Virus genome (UHGV): UHGV-0474209
Reading direction: 5' to 3' (one strand)
DNA length: 41,825 nucleotides
Source: a virus
This document shows, piece by piece, positions 34,933-41,825 of this stretch. Under the pieces are notes generated by a model. That model was not told the origin of the DNA. It ran no database searches and saw nothing but the letters and a program-made list of their open reading frames with translations. Both the position numbers and the translations under genes were made by a program. The first letter of the stretch is position 1; each line of letters opens with the position of its first letter.

Positions 34933-36366
34933 ATGGCAATTGTTATAAACAGAGAAATAGCTGGAGATCTAAACAATCCAACTGCTGAATTGCTTAATTA
35001 TTGTATACAAGAGCATATGAAAATGTTGAGACGTTTAGAAAAACTATCGGACTATTATGATGGCAAGCATGATATCACAAAACGTAAGAAAGAAAATGAA
35101 GCTGCACCAAATAATAAGATACTTGTCAATCACGCGAAGTATGTAGTTGATATGAACGTTGGTTTCATGGTTGGTAATCCTATCTCCTATGTTTCGGATG
35201 CAACTAAAAATATCCAACCTGTATTGGACGTATATAACGAATTGGATATCGTTTCACATGATACAGAGCTTGAAAAAGACTTATCTACATTCGGCATTGC
35301 TTATGAACTGCTTTATCTCGCAAGAGGGAAAGAAGTGAACTCAACTGAAATACGAATTAAATGTATTGATCCAAGAGGAATATTTTTAGTTACAGATGAT
35401 ACCGTGGACAAAAATTCTCTATTTGCTGTACATTACCAACCTGTATTCGACTTACAAGGTGGAATTGACCATTACATCGTAAAATATTATAACGATAACC
35501 GTGTTATCACTTATAAAACACAATCGAGAGGGTTCGGAGAGTATTTACTAATTGATGCGAAACAACATTTCTTCAAAAAAGTTCCAGTGATTGAATATCG
35601 AAATAACGAGGAAAAACAAGGTGATTTTGAACAGGCCATTTCATTAATTGATGCATATAATCTGCTTGAATCAGATCGTCTGAATGACAAAGAAGCATTT
35701 GTGGACGCGATTCTATTTATCCGAGGGTTTACATTACAAGATGGTGACGGTGCGAAGTTAGCGAGCGAAAAAATGCTTCAAACAAGTGCTAAACCATCCG
35801 AAGTTGCCGCAGATTATTTAACAAAGGAACTAAATGAAGATGGGGTAAACCTTCTCAGAGAAGCAATCTTGGACGATATTCACAAGGTAACGTATGTCCC
35901 TAACATGAACGATGAAAAATTTGCAGGAAATATTAGCGGGGAAGCAATGAAATATAAGTTATTTGGTTTATTACAACTGATGTCCGTTAAGTCACGTTAT
36001 ATGATCAAGGGATTACGTCAACGCCTGCAACTATTCGAAAACATCCTTAAAATTAAAGATTCATCATTAGATACAACAGGTACGAAGATTAAGTTAAAAC
36101 CTAATTTACCGGTGAACACCAGCGATATCATCAATCAGATTGTAACTGCATACAATGCAGGTATCCTACCGCTAAAAGTATTATTAAGTTGGTTACCAGA
36201 TATTGATGATGTAGACGAGGTTATTGAGCAACTGAACCTTGAAAAAGAAGAAAAGATTGAACTCCAGAGGAAAGTAATGGGTGTTCAATCTGAGGATAGC
36301 CTCTCAGATTTAGATGATCTGCCAGAGGAGGAAGTCGATGATCAAAGCAACGTTCAAAAAGAGTAA
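34933..36366 (+). CDS. portal protein (SPP1 gp6-like, 477 aa)
   Basis: Size, position after terL, acidic C-terminus. Confidence 0.8.
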   Translation: MAIVINREIAGDLNNPTAELLNYCIQEHMKMLRRLEKLSDYYDGKHDITKRKKENEAAPNNKILVNHAKYVVDMNVGFMVGNPISYVSDATKNIQPVLDVYNELDIVSHDTELEKDLSTFGIAYELLYLARGKEVNSTEIRIKCIDPRGIFLVTDDTVDKNSLFAVHYQPVFDLQGGIDHYIVKYYNDNRVITYKTQSRGFGEYLLIDAKQHFFKKVPVIEYRNNEEKQGDFEQAISLIDAYNLLESDRLNDKEAFVDAILFIRGFTLQDGDGAKLASEKMLQTSAKPSEVAADYLTKELNEDGVNLLREAILDDIHKVTYVPNMNDEKFAGNISGEAMKYKLFGLLQLMSVKSRYMIKGLRQRLQLFENILKIKDSSLDTTGTKIKLKPNLPVNTSDIINQIVTAYNAGILPLKVLLSWLPDIDDVDEVIEQLNLEKEEKIELQRKVMGVQSEDSLSDLDDLPEEEVDDQSNVQKE

Positions 36367-36787
36367 TGGCTCATTTATTGAGTATGAAGTTACTGGTCAT
36401 GCCTATTTCGCTGATCCCGGAGAAGATATTGTTTGTGCTGGTGTCTCAACTCTCTTTATTACGATCACCAATCAATTGATCTGTAAGTCATATGTGAAAG
36501 TGCATGACAAGAGAGTATCTATTCTAAATACAAATGAGATTGATAATGCTCTAGTCGAAGCGCTGTTTTGCGGCTTGTATGATATTCAGCAGAAATATCC
36601 AGATCACGTTTCAGTTGAAGTCATAGAAAAAAAGACAGCAAAATACGCTGTCCATGGATTTTCAGAAATATTTAAAACAAAAGAAGAGGCAGTTAATTTT
36701 GCAGATCGCGTTTCAGTTTCTCATAATCGGGTTTTGACGATTGTTCCACCGGAACTACAGCGGAGTAGCTCTGATACGGGGAATTAA
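36338..36787 (+). CDS. Prp-family cysteine protease (DUF464; phage prohead/ribosomal-processing protease)
   Basis: MIKATFKKSNGSFIEYEVTGHAYFADPGEDIVCAGVSTL (conserved His and Cys dyad of Prp); position between portal and head morphogenesis gene. Confidence 0.7.
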   Translation: MIKATFKKSNGSFIEYEVTGHAYFADPGEDIVCAGVSTLFITITNQLICKSYVKVHDKRVSILNTNEIDNALVEALFCGLYDIQQKYPDHVSVEVIEKKTAKYAVHGFSEIFKTKEEAVNFADRVSVSHNRVLTIVPPELQRSSSDTGN

Positions 36788-37340
36788 CATACCCCATTTT
36801 TGGTCTTCTAAAGATACTTCTTTTTTTGGTTATTTTTAGAATTATAAAAATACTATCTATTGGATTTTCTGGGGAAACAACAATATCAATTGATGTTAGT
36901 GAATGAGCCTTTAAAATTCCTAAATTACCTTCTGGTAGGTTAATACTATGATTTTCATCCTCGAAATCAAAGTATGTTATAGCCTGTCTGTCTTGCAATC
37001 CGCTGATAACATTGAAGCTTTTTGCGTGATAGTAAAAAAGTTCCTTTGGATTTTTTCCGTCAGTCACCCTTAAGTCGAAATAGGCTATATCAAAGTTTGA
37101 TTGATTTATAATCCTAATATTTGTATGAAGAAGTCCAAAATCATTAACAATAGATTGACCATCATCAAGAATGATTGCTTTAATCCACCTACTCTCTTGT
37201 TCAGGATCGAAATCGATTGAGATTGATCCACGTTTAAGCGCAATCAGTGAAGTCGTGAGAGCGGCGATAGAAATCCAGTTGCTGATAAAATAATCTAAGA
37301 TGGTTCTAATTAATTTTGCAAAGGTCCTTAGTAACTCCAT
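36693..37340 (-). CDS. counter-oriented membrane-anchored moron protein (215 aa) inside head module
   Basis: Fills the only gap in late operon; perfect RBS GGAGGTGA-5-ATG; own extended -10 promoter; N-terminal TM helix. Confidence 0.55.
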   Translation of the reverse strand: MELLRTFAKLIRTILDYFISNWISIAALTTSLIALKRGSISIDFDPEQESRWIKAIILDDGQSIVNDFGLLHTNIRIINQSNFDIAYFDLRVTDGKNPKELFYYHAKSFNVISGLQDRQAITYFDFEDENHSINLPEGNLGILKAHSLTSIDIVVSPENPIDSIFIILKITKKRSIFRRPKMGYVNSPYQSYSAVVPVEQSSKPDYEKLKRDLQN

Positions 37341-37350
37341 TGAGTCACCT

Positions 37351-37399
37351 CCTTATCAATCTTTTCAACGGACCACTCGTTGATAAGGAAATTATACCA
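37351..37399 (-). promoter_or_regulatory. extended -10 promoter TGGTATAAT (minus strand) plus 9-bp inverted repeat CCTTATCAA...TTGATAAGG upstream of moron gene
   Basis: Reverse complement of 37391-37399 is TGGTATAAT; IR at 37351-37359 / 37380-37388. Confidence 0.45.
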
Positions 37400-37417
37400 A
37401 AACAAGGAGCTGATTAA

Positions 37418-38812
37418 ATGGCTCAAAAGAAACAAAAACAAGATTACTCTTATTGGATTAATCGTGGCATAAAACAAGAAAAAAGGATCAACGATGGCGC
37501 TCAACAAGTAGAACAGAAAGTCATTGTCGCTTATCGTAAAGCTCAAAGCTATCTCACTCGACATGCAAAAAAACTATTTAATCGCGCCCAGAACCGTTCT
37601 GGTATGGATGAGGATGAAGTTAAACAACTTCTGAATGAACCAGTGAAGACTGAAGATCTAGTCGAGCTCAGAAAATTGGCAGCTGATGTTGAGAACCCTG
37701 ATTTACAGGAATCAGCTAAGAAACGTTTGAATGCACTAGCGTTCAAAGAACGAATAACTCGAGCAGAAGACTTGAAAGCCAAGTCTTTTTTAGTTTCTAA
37801 ACAGATCGCTGATGTACAGCTGGATAAGTCGACTGAGTTTTATGTTGATGTCATTCATGATTCATACAATGAAGCTACTGCAGAAGCTGTGATTCAGCAA
37901 ATTGAACAAGTAAAGAACGATTCGATTATCAATGTTTGGGATGGCCAACAGTATGATTCTAAGATAGAGACGTTCAAGCAAGCTCAAAAACGTGGTGTAC
38001 CGATCGAGGTTTGGAATGATCCAAAGAACCGATCGAATGATTACGAGTTCAAGGAGCTTTCCACAAAATATACGAAAAATATTCTGGATTCACATTGGCA
38101 TGGATCAAACTATTCAAAGCGAATTTGGAAAGATACTGAAGCCTTAGCCAAACGTCTTGAAGAACTGTTCACTGTCGAATCAATGACAGGAATATCCGAG
38201 TTTGAAATGGCTAAAGCGATAGCTGCCGAATTTGACCGCTCAATTGGTGTTGCTCAACGTTTAATTCGCACAGAGGCTAATTATATGGCGAATCAAGCAA
38301 AGCTCAAAGCGTGGCGCGACAGAGGTGTAAAAGAGTATCGACTTTTAGTGGTTTTAGATTTACGAACATCAGATATCTGTCAAAAGAAAAGTCGCGAAAA
38401 TAAAATCTATAAGATTTCTGAGGCGGTCGTTAACGGAGCGCTAGGAAACTATCCACCATTTCACCCATGGTGTCGCACGATAGCAGTTGCTATTATTGGT
38501 AAACGATCGTTGACAGGCAAACGAACTGCTAATGATCCTATCAGCGGTAAAACAATGACAATTGAACAGCGTGATACCTATGATGATTGGATGAACAAGC
38601 TTAAGGAGAAATATTCTGATAGAGAAATACAGATCCAAAAGAAAAAGATCCAGAACCGAAAGAAAGACTTACTTGAATTCAAGCAACTCAAAAGTGTTCT
38701 TGGAAAAAAAGAAAGCCCTCTATCATTTAATCAGTTTCAATCCATCAAGTATGGAGATAAAAAAGGTTGGAATGAATTAAAAAGTAGTTATCGAAATATG
38801 AGGAGGAGTTGA
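37418..38812 (+). CDS. head morphogenesis / minor head protein (SPP1 gp7 / Mu F-like)
   Basis: Size, position after portal/Prp, conserved C-terminal region. Confidence 0.7.
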   Translation: MAQKKQKQDYSYWINRGIKQEKRINDGAQQVEQKVIVAYRKAQSYLTRHAKKLFNRAQNRSGMDEDEVKQLLNEPVKTEDLVELRKLAADVENPDLQESAKKRLNALAFKERITRAEDLKAKSFLVSKQIADVQLDKSTEFYVDVIHDSYNEATAEAVIQQIEQVKNDSIINVWDGQQYDSKIETFKQAQKRGVPIEVWNDPKNRSNDYEFKELSTKYTKNILDSHWHGSNYSKRIWKDTEALAKRLEELFTVESMTGISEFEMAKAIAAEFDRSIGVAQRLIRTEANYMANQAKLKAWRDRGVKEYRLLVVLDLRTSDICQKKSRENKIYKISEAVVNGALGNYPPFHPWCRTIAVAIIGKRSLTGKRTANDPISGKTMTIEQRDTYDDWMNKLKEKYSDREIQIQKKKIQNRKKDLLEFKQLKSVLGKKESPLSFNQFQSIKYGDKKGWNELKSSYRNMRRS

Positions 38813-38835
38813 CATACAAAAGTGGAGGTTGTCGA

Positions 38836-39057
38836 ATGGACTTTTTAGAATTAAAGCAAAAGAAAGAGCGCGGAGTGACTAACGCTGAGTTCATGGATGG
38901 ATCGAAGGATTTTTTCGAGAAGGCCGACAGCATTGTAGTAGTCGGAATTAATCCAGATGGAGTCATTAGTACGTTTTATACTCAATCCACATCAACTAAT
39001 GCTATCGGGATGATGGAAATAGCCAACCAACAATTAATATCGGAACTGCAAGTTTAG
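38836..39057 (+). CDS. hypothetical protein (73 aa)
   Basis: GGAGG RBS before ATG 38836 (ORF open from 38809). Confidence 0.35.
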   Translation: MDFLELKQKKERGVTNAEFMDGSKDFFEKADSIVVVGINPDGVISTFYTQSTSTNAIGMMEIANQQLISELQV

Positions 39058-39175
39058 CAATTGCTAGGCTTTTTATTTTGCCCTCTACTGCTCAGGGCGT
39101 TATAAATTGTAGCTGTTTCGGTGCCGACCGTAAAACGAGATTCGATTGGTCACGTAATGACTGGAGGAAAAATAT

Positions 39176-39814
39176 ATGAAAAATAGTCAACTTATTTCTT
39201 GGGATCTTCAACTCTTCGCAGAGGATGAACTGGCGGCCGACGAAACAACCTCGGAGGACGAAATTAATGAAGAAACGAAGGAAAAAACTTTTACGCGTTC
39301 AGATATTGCAAAAATGATCGCAGCTGAAAAAGCTAAGTGGGTAAAAGAATCAAAGACTGAAATCGAACAACGTATCGAAGAAGAAAAGAACGAAGCTGCT
39401 CGACTTGCGAAGCTTTCTGAAGAAGAACGGCAACAAGCGCTTATCCAAAAAGAAAAGGAAGAGTTTGAAAAGGAAAAAGCGGCTTTCCGTCAAGAACAAT
39501 TGTTAGTAGAAAAAGGCAAACAGCTTCAAGAAATTGGTATTCCAAGTATTCTGGCATCTCGTATTCATGGGAACACTGCAGAAGAAGCCATTGAAGATGT
39601 GAAGTCATTTAAAGCCGAATGGGATAAAGCATTGAAAGTAGCCGTTGACAAAGCGTTGTTGGACTCTGTAGACAATCCGCTGGGGTCTGGTGCGAACAAT
39701 TCAGAAGTGAATCCTTTTGCTAAAGACACCTTAAACTTAACAGAGCAAGGGCGCCTATTTAAAGAAGACCCCGAACGTGCGAAAGCGTTACAAGCATTAG
39801 CAAACAAAAAATAG
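39176..39814 (+). CDS. scaffolding protein (acidic, coiled-coil) with N-terminal DLQLFA Prp-cleavage motif
   Basis: Position before major capsid; E/K-rich helical; LQLFAEDE near N-terminus. Confidence 0.65.
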   Translation: MKNSQLISWDLQLFAEDELAADETTSEDEINEETKEKTFTRSDIAKMIAAEKAKWVKESKTEIEQRIEEEKNEAARLAKLSEEERQQALIQKEKEEFEKEKAAFRQEQLLVEKGKQLQEIGIPSILASRIHGNTAEEAIEDVKSFKAEWDKALKVAVDKALLDSVDNPLGSGANNSEVNPFAKDTLNLTEQGRLFKEDPERAKALQALANKK

Positions 39815-39829
39815 AAATGAGGAACTAAA

Positions 39830-40870
39830 ATGGAAAAATCATCACTAAAAATAAATCTTCAATTATTCGCCGCAAAGACAAAAATTGAAGATGTTATCGT
39901 ACCTGAAGTATTTAACAAATATGTTATAGAGCGTACAGCAGAACTATCTGCTTTATATCAATCTGGAATCGTTACTAAAAATCCTGAGTTAGACGCACTT
40001 GCTGCATCTGGAGGTAAGTTAATCAATATGCCATTCTGGCAAGATTTGTCTGGCGATGACGAAGTGCTATCTGATACTGACCCACTAGATACAGATAAGA
40101 TCGTTGCCAGCCAAGACGTTGCTGTTCTTTTAATGCGTGGTAAAGCTTGGAAAGCAAATGATTTAGCAAAAGCACTTTCTGGGGATGATCCAATGCGCGC
40201 TATTGGAGATTTGGTCGCTGCTTACTGGGCACGTCGTCAGCAAGTCACTTTATTATCTGTGTTGAAGGGAATTTATGCCGCTTCAGGAACTAAAATGACT
40301 GGAAATGCATTGGATATTTCCACGTTAACAGGGAATGCAGCTGCATTTACTGGGGAAACATTTTTAGATGCTTCTTACAAATTAGGCGACGCCGAAGAAA
40401 AGCTAACAGCTATTGGGGTTCATTCTTCAGTTTATGCGAATCTTCGGAAACAGAACTTAATTGAATTTTCGTTGGATTCTGAGAATAAACCTATTCCAAC
40501 TTACATGGGTAAACGAGTAATCGTAGATGATGGCATGCCTGTGGACGGAGATGTATTCACATCCTATATCTTTGGACAAGGTGCCATTGGCTTAGGAAAT
40601 GGCGCTGCACCAGTTCCAACTGAAACTGATCGTGACGCATTAGCAGGAGATGATATTCTAATCAACCGTCAACATTTCATTCTTCACCCTCGCGGAGTGA
40701 AATTCAAAAATACTTCTGTTGCTGGTTCTTCGCCAACAAATGCTGAATTAGGAACAGGTGCAAACTGGGAACGCGTTTACGAACCTAAAAATGTTCGTAT
40801 TGTTCAATTTAAACATAAACTTTATGTTCCTAATGTTACTGTACCTGGCGGAGGCGGGAAAGGCGAATAA
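39830..40870 (+). CDS. major capsid protein with N-terminal INLQLFAA Prp-cleavage motif
   Basis: Size 346 aa, position, N-terminal propeptide motif. Confidence 0.75.
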   Translation: MEKSSLKINLQLFAAKTKIEDVIVPEVFNKYVIERTAELSALYQSGIVTKNPELDALAASGGKLINMPFWQDLSGDDEVLSDTDPLDTDKIVASQDVAVLLMRGKAWKANDLAKALSGDDPMRAIGDLVAAYWARRQQVTLLSVLKGIYAASGTKMTGNALDISTLTGNAAAFTGETFLDASYKLGDAEEKLTAIGVHSSVYANLRKQNLIEFSLDSENKPIPTYMGKRVIVDDGMPVDGDVFTSYIFGQGAIGLGNGAAPVPTETDRDALAGDDILINRQHFILHPRGVKFKNTSVAGSSPTNAELGTGANWERVYEPKNVRIVQFKHKLYVPNVTVPGGGGKGE

Positions 40871-40882
40871 GAGGTGAATAAA

Positions 40883-41230
40883 ATGAATGAGGAGTTGCTG
40901 AAACAACACACAGATGTATTGATGGATAGACTTGACGGTGTTCAAGAACAAGAGAGAACTAAAATCAAAGCATTGCTAGAAGATGCGATTATCCTCATTC
41001 TTGATTACACTGATCGGACTACTGAACAGATGAATGACCAGCTTTATTACTATGCCCGCCAACTAGTTGTGATTGCTTGGAATCAAGAAGGAAATGAAGG
41101 TGATGCTGCTCGTTCTGAGGGTGGTGTCTCTCACACATTCATTACTGATATTCCTGATAAATTGAAATCGGGGCTGAACAATCATCGGTTGGGAAAGGTC
41201 GTGAGTTTCTATGCGTCTAAGGAAACGTGA
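40883..41230 (+). CDS. head-tail connector protein (gp6-like)
   Basis: Small ORF after capsid gene; GAGGTGA RBS. Confidence 0.5.
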   Translation: MNEELLKQHTDVLMDRLDGVQEQERTKIKALLEDAIILILDYTDRTTEQMNDQLYYYARQLVVIAWNQEGNEGDAARSEGGVSHTFITDIPDKLKSGLNNHRLGKVVSFYASKET

Positions 41231-41564
41231 TCTTTCAACTGTTTATTTAAAAGAGAGATTAACTGGTCAAGACGATGAAGGGAACTTTCAAGAAGGATTC
41301 TCGACTGAATCAACCGAACTTCAAATGAGTGTGCAGTCAGCTGGCGGACAAGTCATGGCTTCTGTATATGGACAGAGCCTTCCTTATATCAAGTCATGTA
41401 AATATCAGGGAGATCAAATCAAAGAAGGGAAAAATGAAAAAGATGGTATTTGTCTTTATGTGAGTGAAGATAAAGAACCAGACTATGAAATTGTAGCCAT
41501 TCAAACATTTTCTACGCATTGTAATGTGACCTTGAAGAAACTAGGTGATAAAGATGGGCGTTGA
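41211..41564 (+). CDS. head-tail adaptor / head closure protein
   Basis: Small ORF in connector region. Confidence 0.45.
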   Translation: MRLRKRDLSTVYLKERLTGQDDEGNFQEGFSTESTELQMSVQSAGGQVMASVYGQSLPYIKSCKYQGDQIKEGKNEKDGICLYVSEDKEPDYEIVAIQTFSTHCNVTLKKLGDKDGR

Positions 41565-41825
41565 GTTCAGAGGTGCTGACCGACTGATGTCAAAAATACG
41601 AGCGATTCCTAAAGTGATGGAAGACGCTGTTTTTGAAGCGACATTCGATATTGTAGATGAAACTGTGGCAAGAGCAACAAGTCACCTGCAATCGTCAATT
41701 AAGTATGGATCAGGTGAATTAAGTGGTTCTCCAAAGCAGGAAGTCGTAATCGATGGTAAAGGTAAAATAATAGGGCGTGTGTGGTCAGACAAGATGGAAG
41801 CATTGTTTCGAGAGTTTGGTACAGG
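41554..41825 (+). CDS. HK97 gp10-family-like tail component, N-terminal part (runs off window end; continues at nt 2)
   Basis: AGGTGA RBS; open to end of window; frame continuous with 2..268. Confidence 0.5.
   Translation, partial: MGVEFRGADRLMSKIRAIPKVMEDAVFEATFDIVDETVARATSHLQSSIKYGSGELSGSPKQEVVIDGKGKIIGRVWSDKMEALFREFGT

Noticed and set aside
37328-37564. Minus-strand 78-aa ORF overlapping the start of the head morphogenesis gene
   Set aside because: It overlaps both the supported moron promoter region and the plus-strand CDS start. It has no RBS and is likely spurious.
1-41825. Alternative interpretation as two adjacent prophages in a bacterial chromosome (one ending with tail-lysis genes, the next starting at int)
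   Set aside because: No host housekeeping genes appear anywhere. Head genes at the window end and tail genes at the start are syntenic. The gp10-like gene is frame-continuous across the window junction. This favours a single circularly permuted genome, though the moron island (tRNA, bsh) could have been captured from host DNA.

Overview
The window reads as a complete, circularly permuted temperate siphovirus genome of about 41.8 kb from a low-GC Gram-positive host. The last ORF (41554..41825) runs off the end and continues in the same reading frame at nt 2 of the window. Synteny is consistent across the junction: capsid, connector and HK97 gp10-like genes lie at the end, and the gp10-like C-terminus and tail genes lie at the start.

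Gene order along the window:
- Tail module (1-10.8 kb). It holds the major tail protein, a gpG/gpGT chaperone pair with a -1 slippery site, a tape measure protein split into two ORFs, a Tal-like tail endopeptidase, and a tail fibre with 117-nt tandem repeats.
- Lysis cassette (10.8-12.6 kb). A holin is followed by a Pal-like Amidase_5 endolysin.
- Moron island between lysis and attP (12.6-16.2 kb). It carries a tRNA(CAU), a bile-salt hydrolase gene, and a membrane-anchored coiled-coil protein.
- Integrase (16.3-17.4 kb) with AAAGGGGCA direct repeats next to it.
- Immunity operon. An XRE repressor and an ImmA protease are followed by a complete 6-TM voltage-gated K+ channel homologue (S4 arginine ladder, TVGYGD filter).
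- Early and replication region (19.3-30.5 kb). It holds Cro-like, YqaJ/RecT and DnaD-like replication genes, a frameshifted MazG-like gene, a small lipoprotein, an orphan C5 cytosine methyltransferase, and two counter-oriented genes (a zinc-ribbon protein and an HdeD-like membrane protein).
- An ORF-free region of about 1.1 kb (30.5-31.5 kb). It carries about nine imperfect repeat units built around an AAAAAGACCGCT...AGCGGTC stem-loop. Three more units lie downstream of ArpU.
- ArpU late activator.
- A candidate Fst-like type I toxin-antitoxin locus: a 27-aa hydrophobic peptide with a convergent antisense RNA.
- Packaging and head module. It holds TerS, TerL, the portal, a Prp-family prohead protease, a counter-oriented moron with its own promoter, the minor head protein, a scaffold, the major capsid protein and connectors. 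The major tail, scaffold and capsid proteins all carry an N-terminal LQLFA Prp-cleavage motif.

The two most unusual elements are the K+ channel in the repressor operon, which is a candidate superinfection-exclusion or abortive-infection effector, and the structured hairpin-repeat array.

All functional calls come from reading motifs in the translated sequence. No database search was run.
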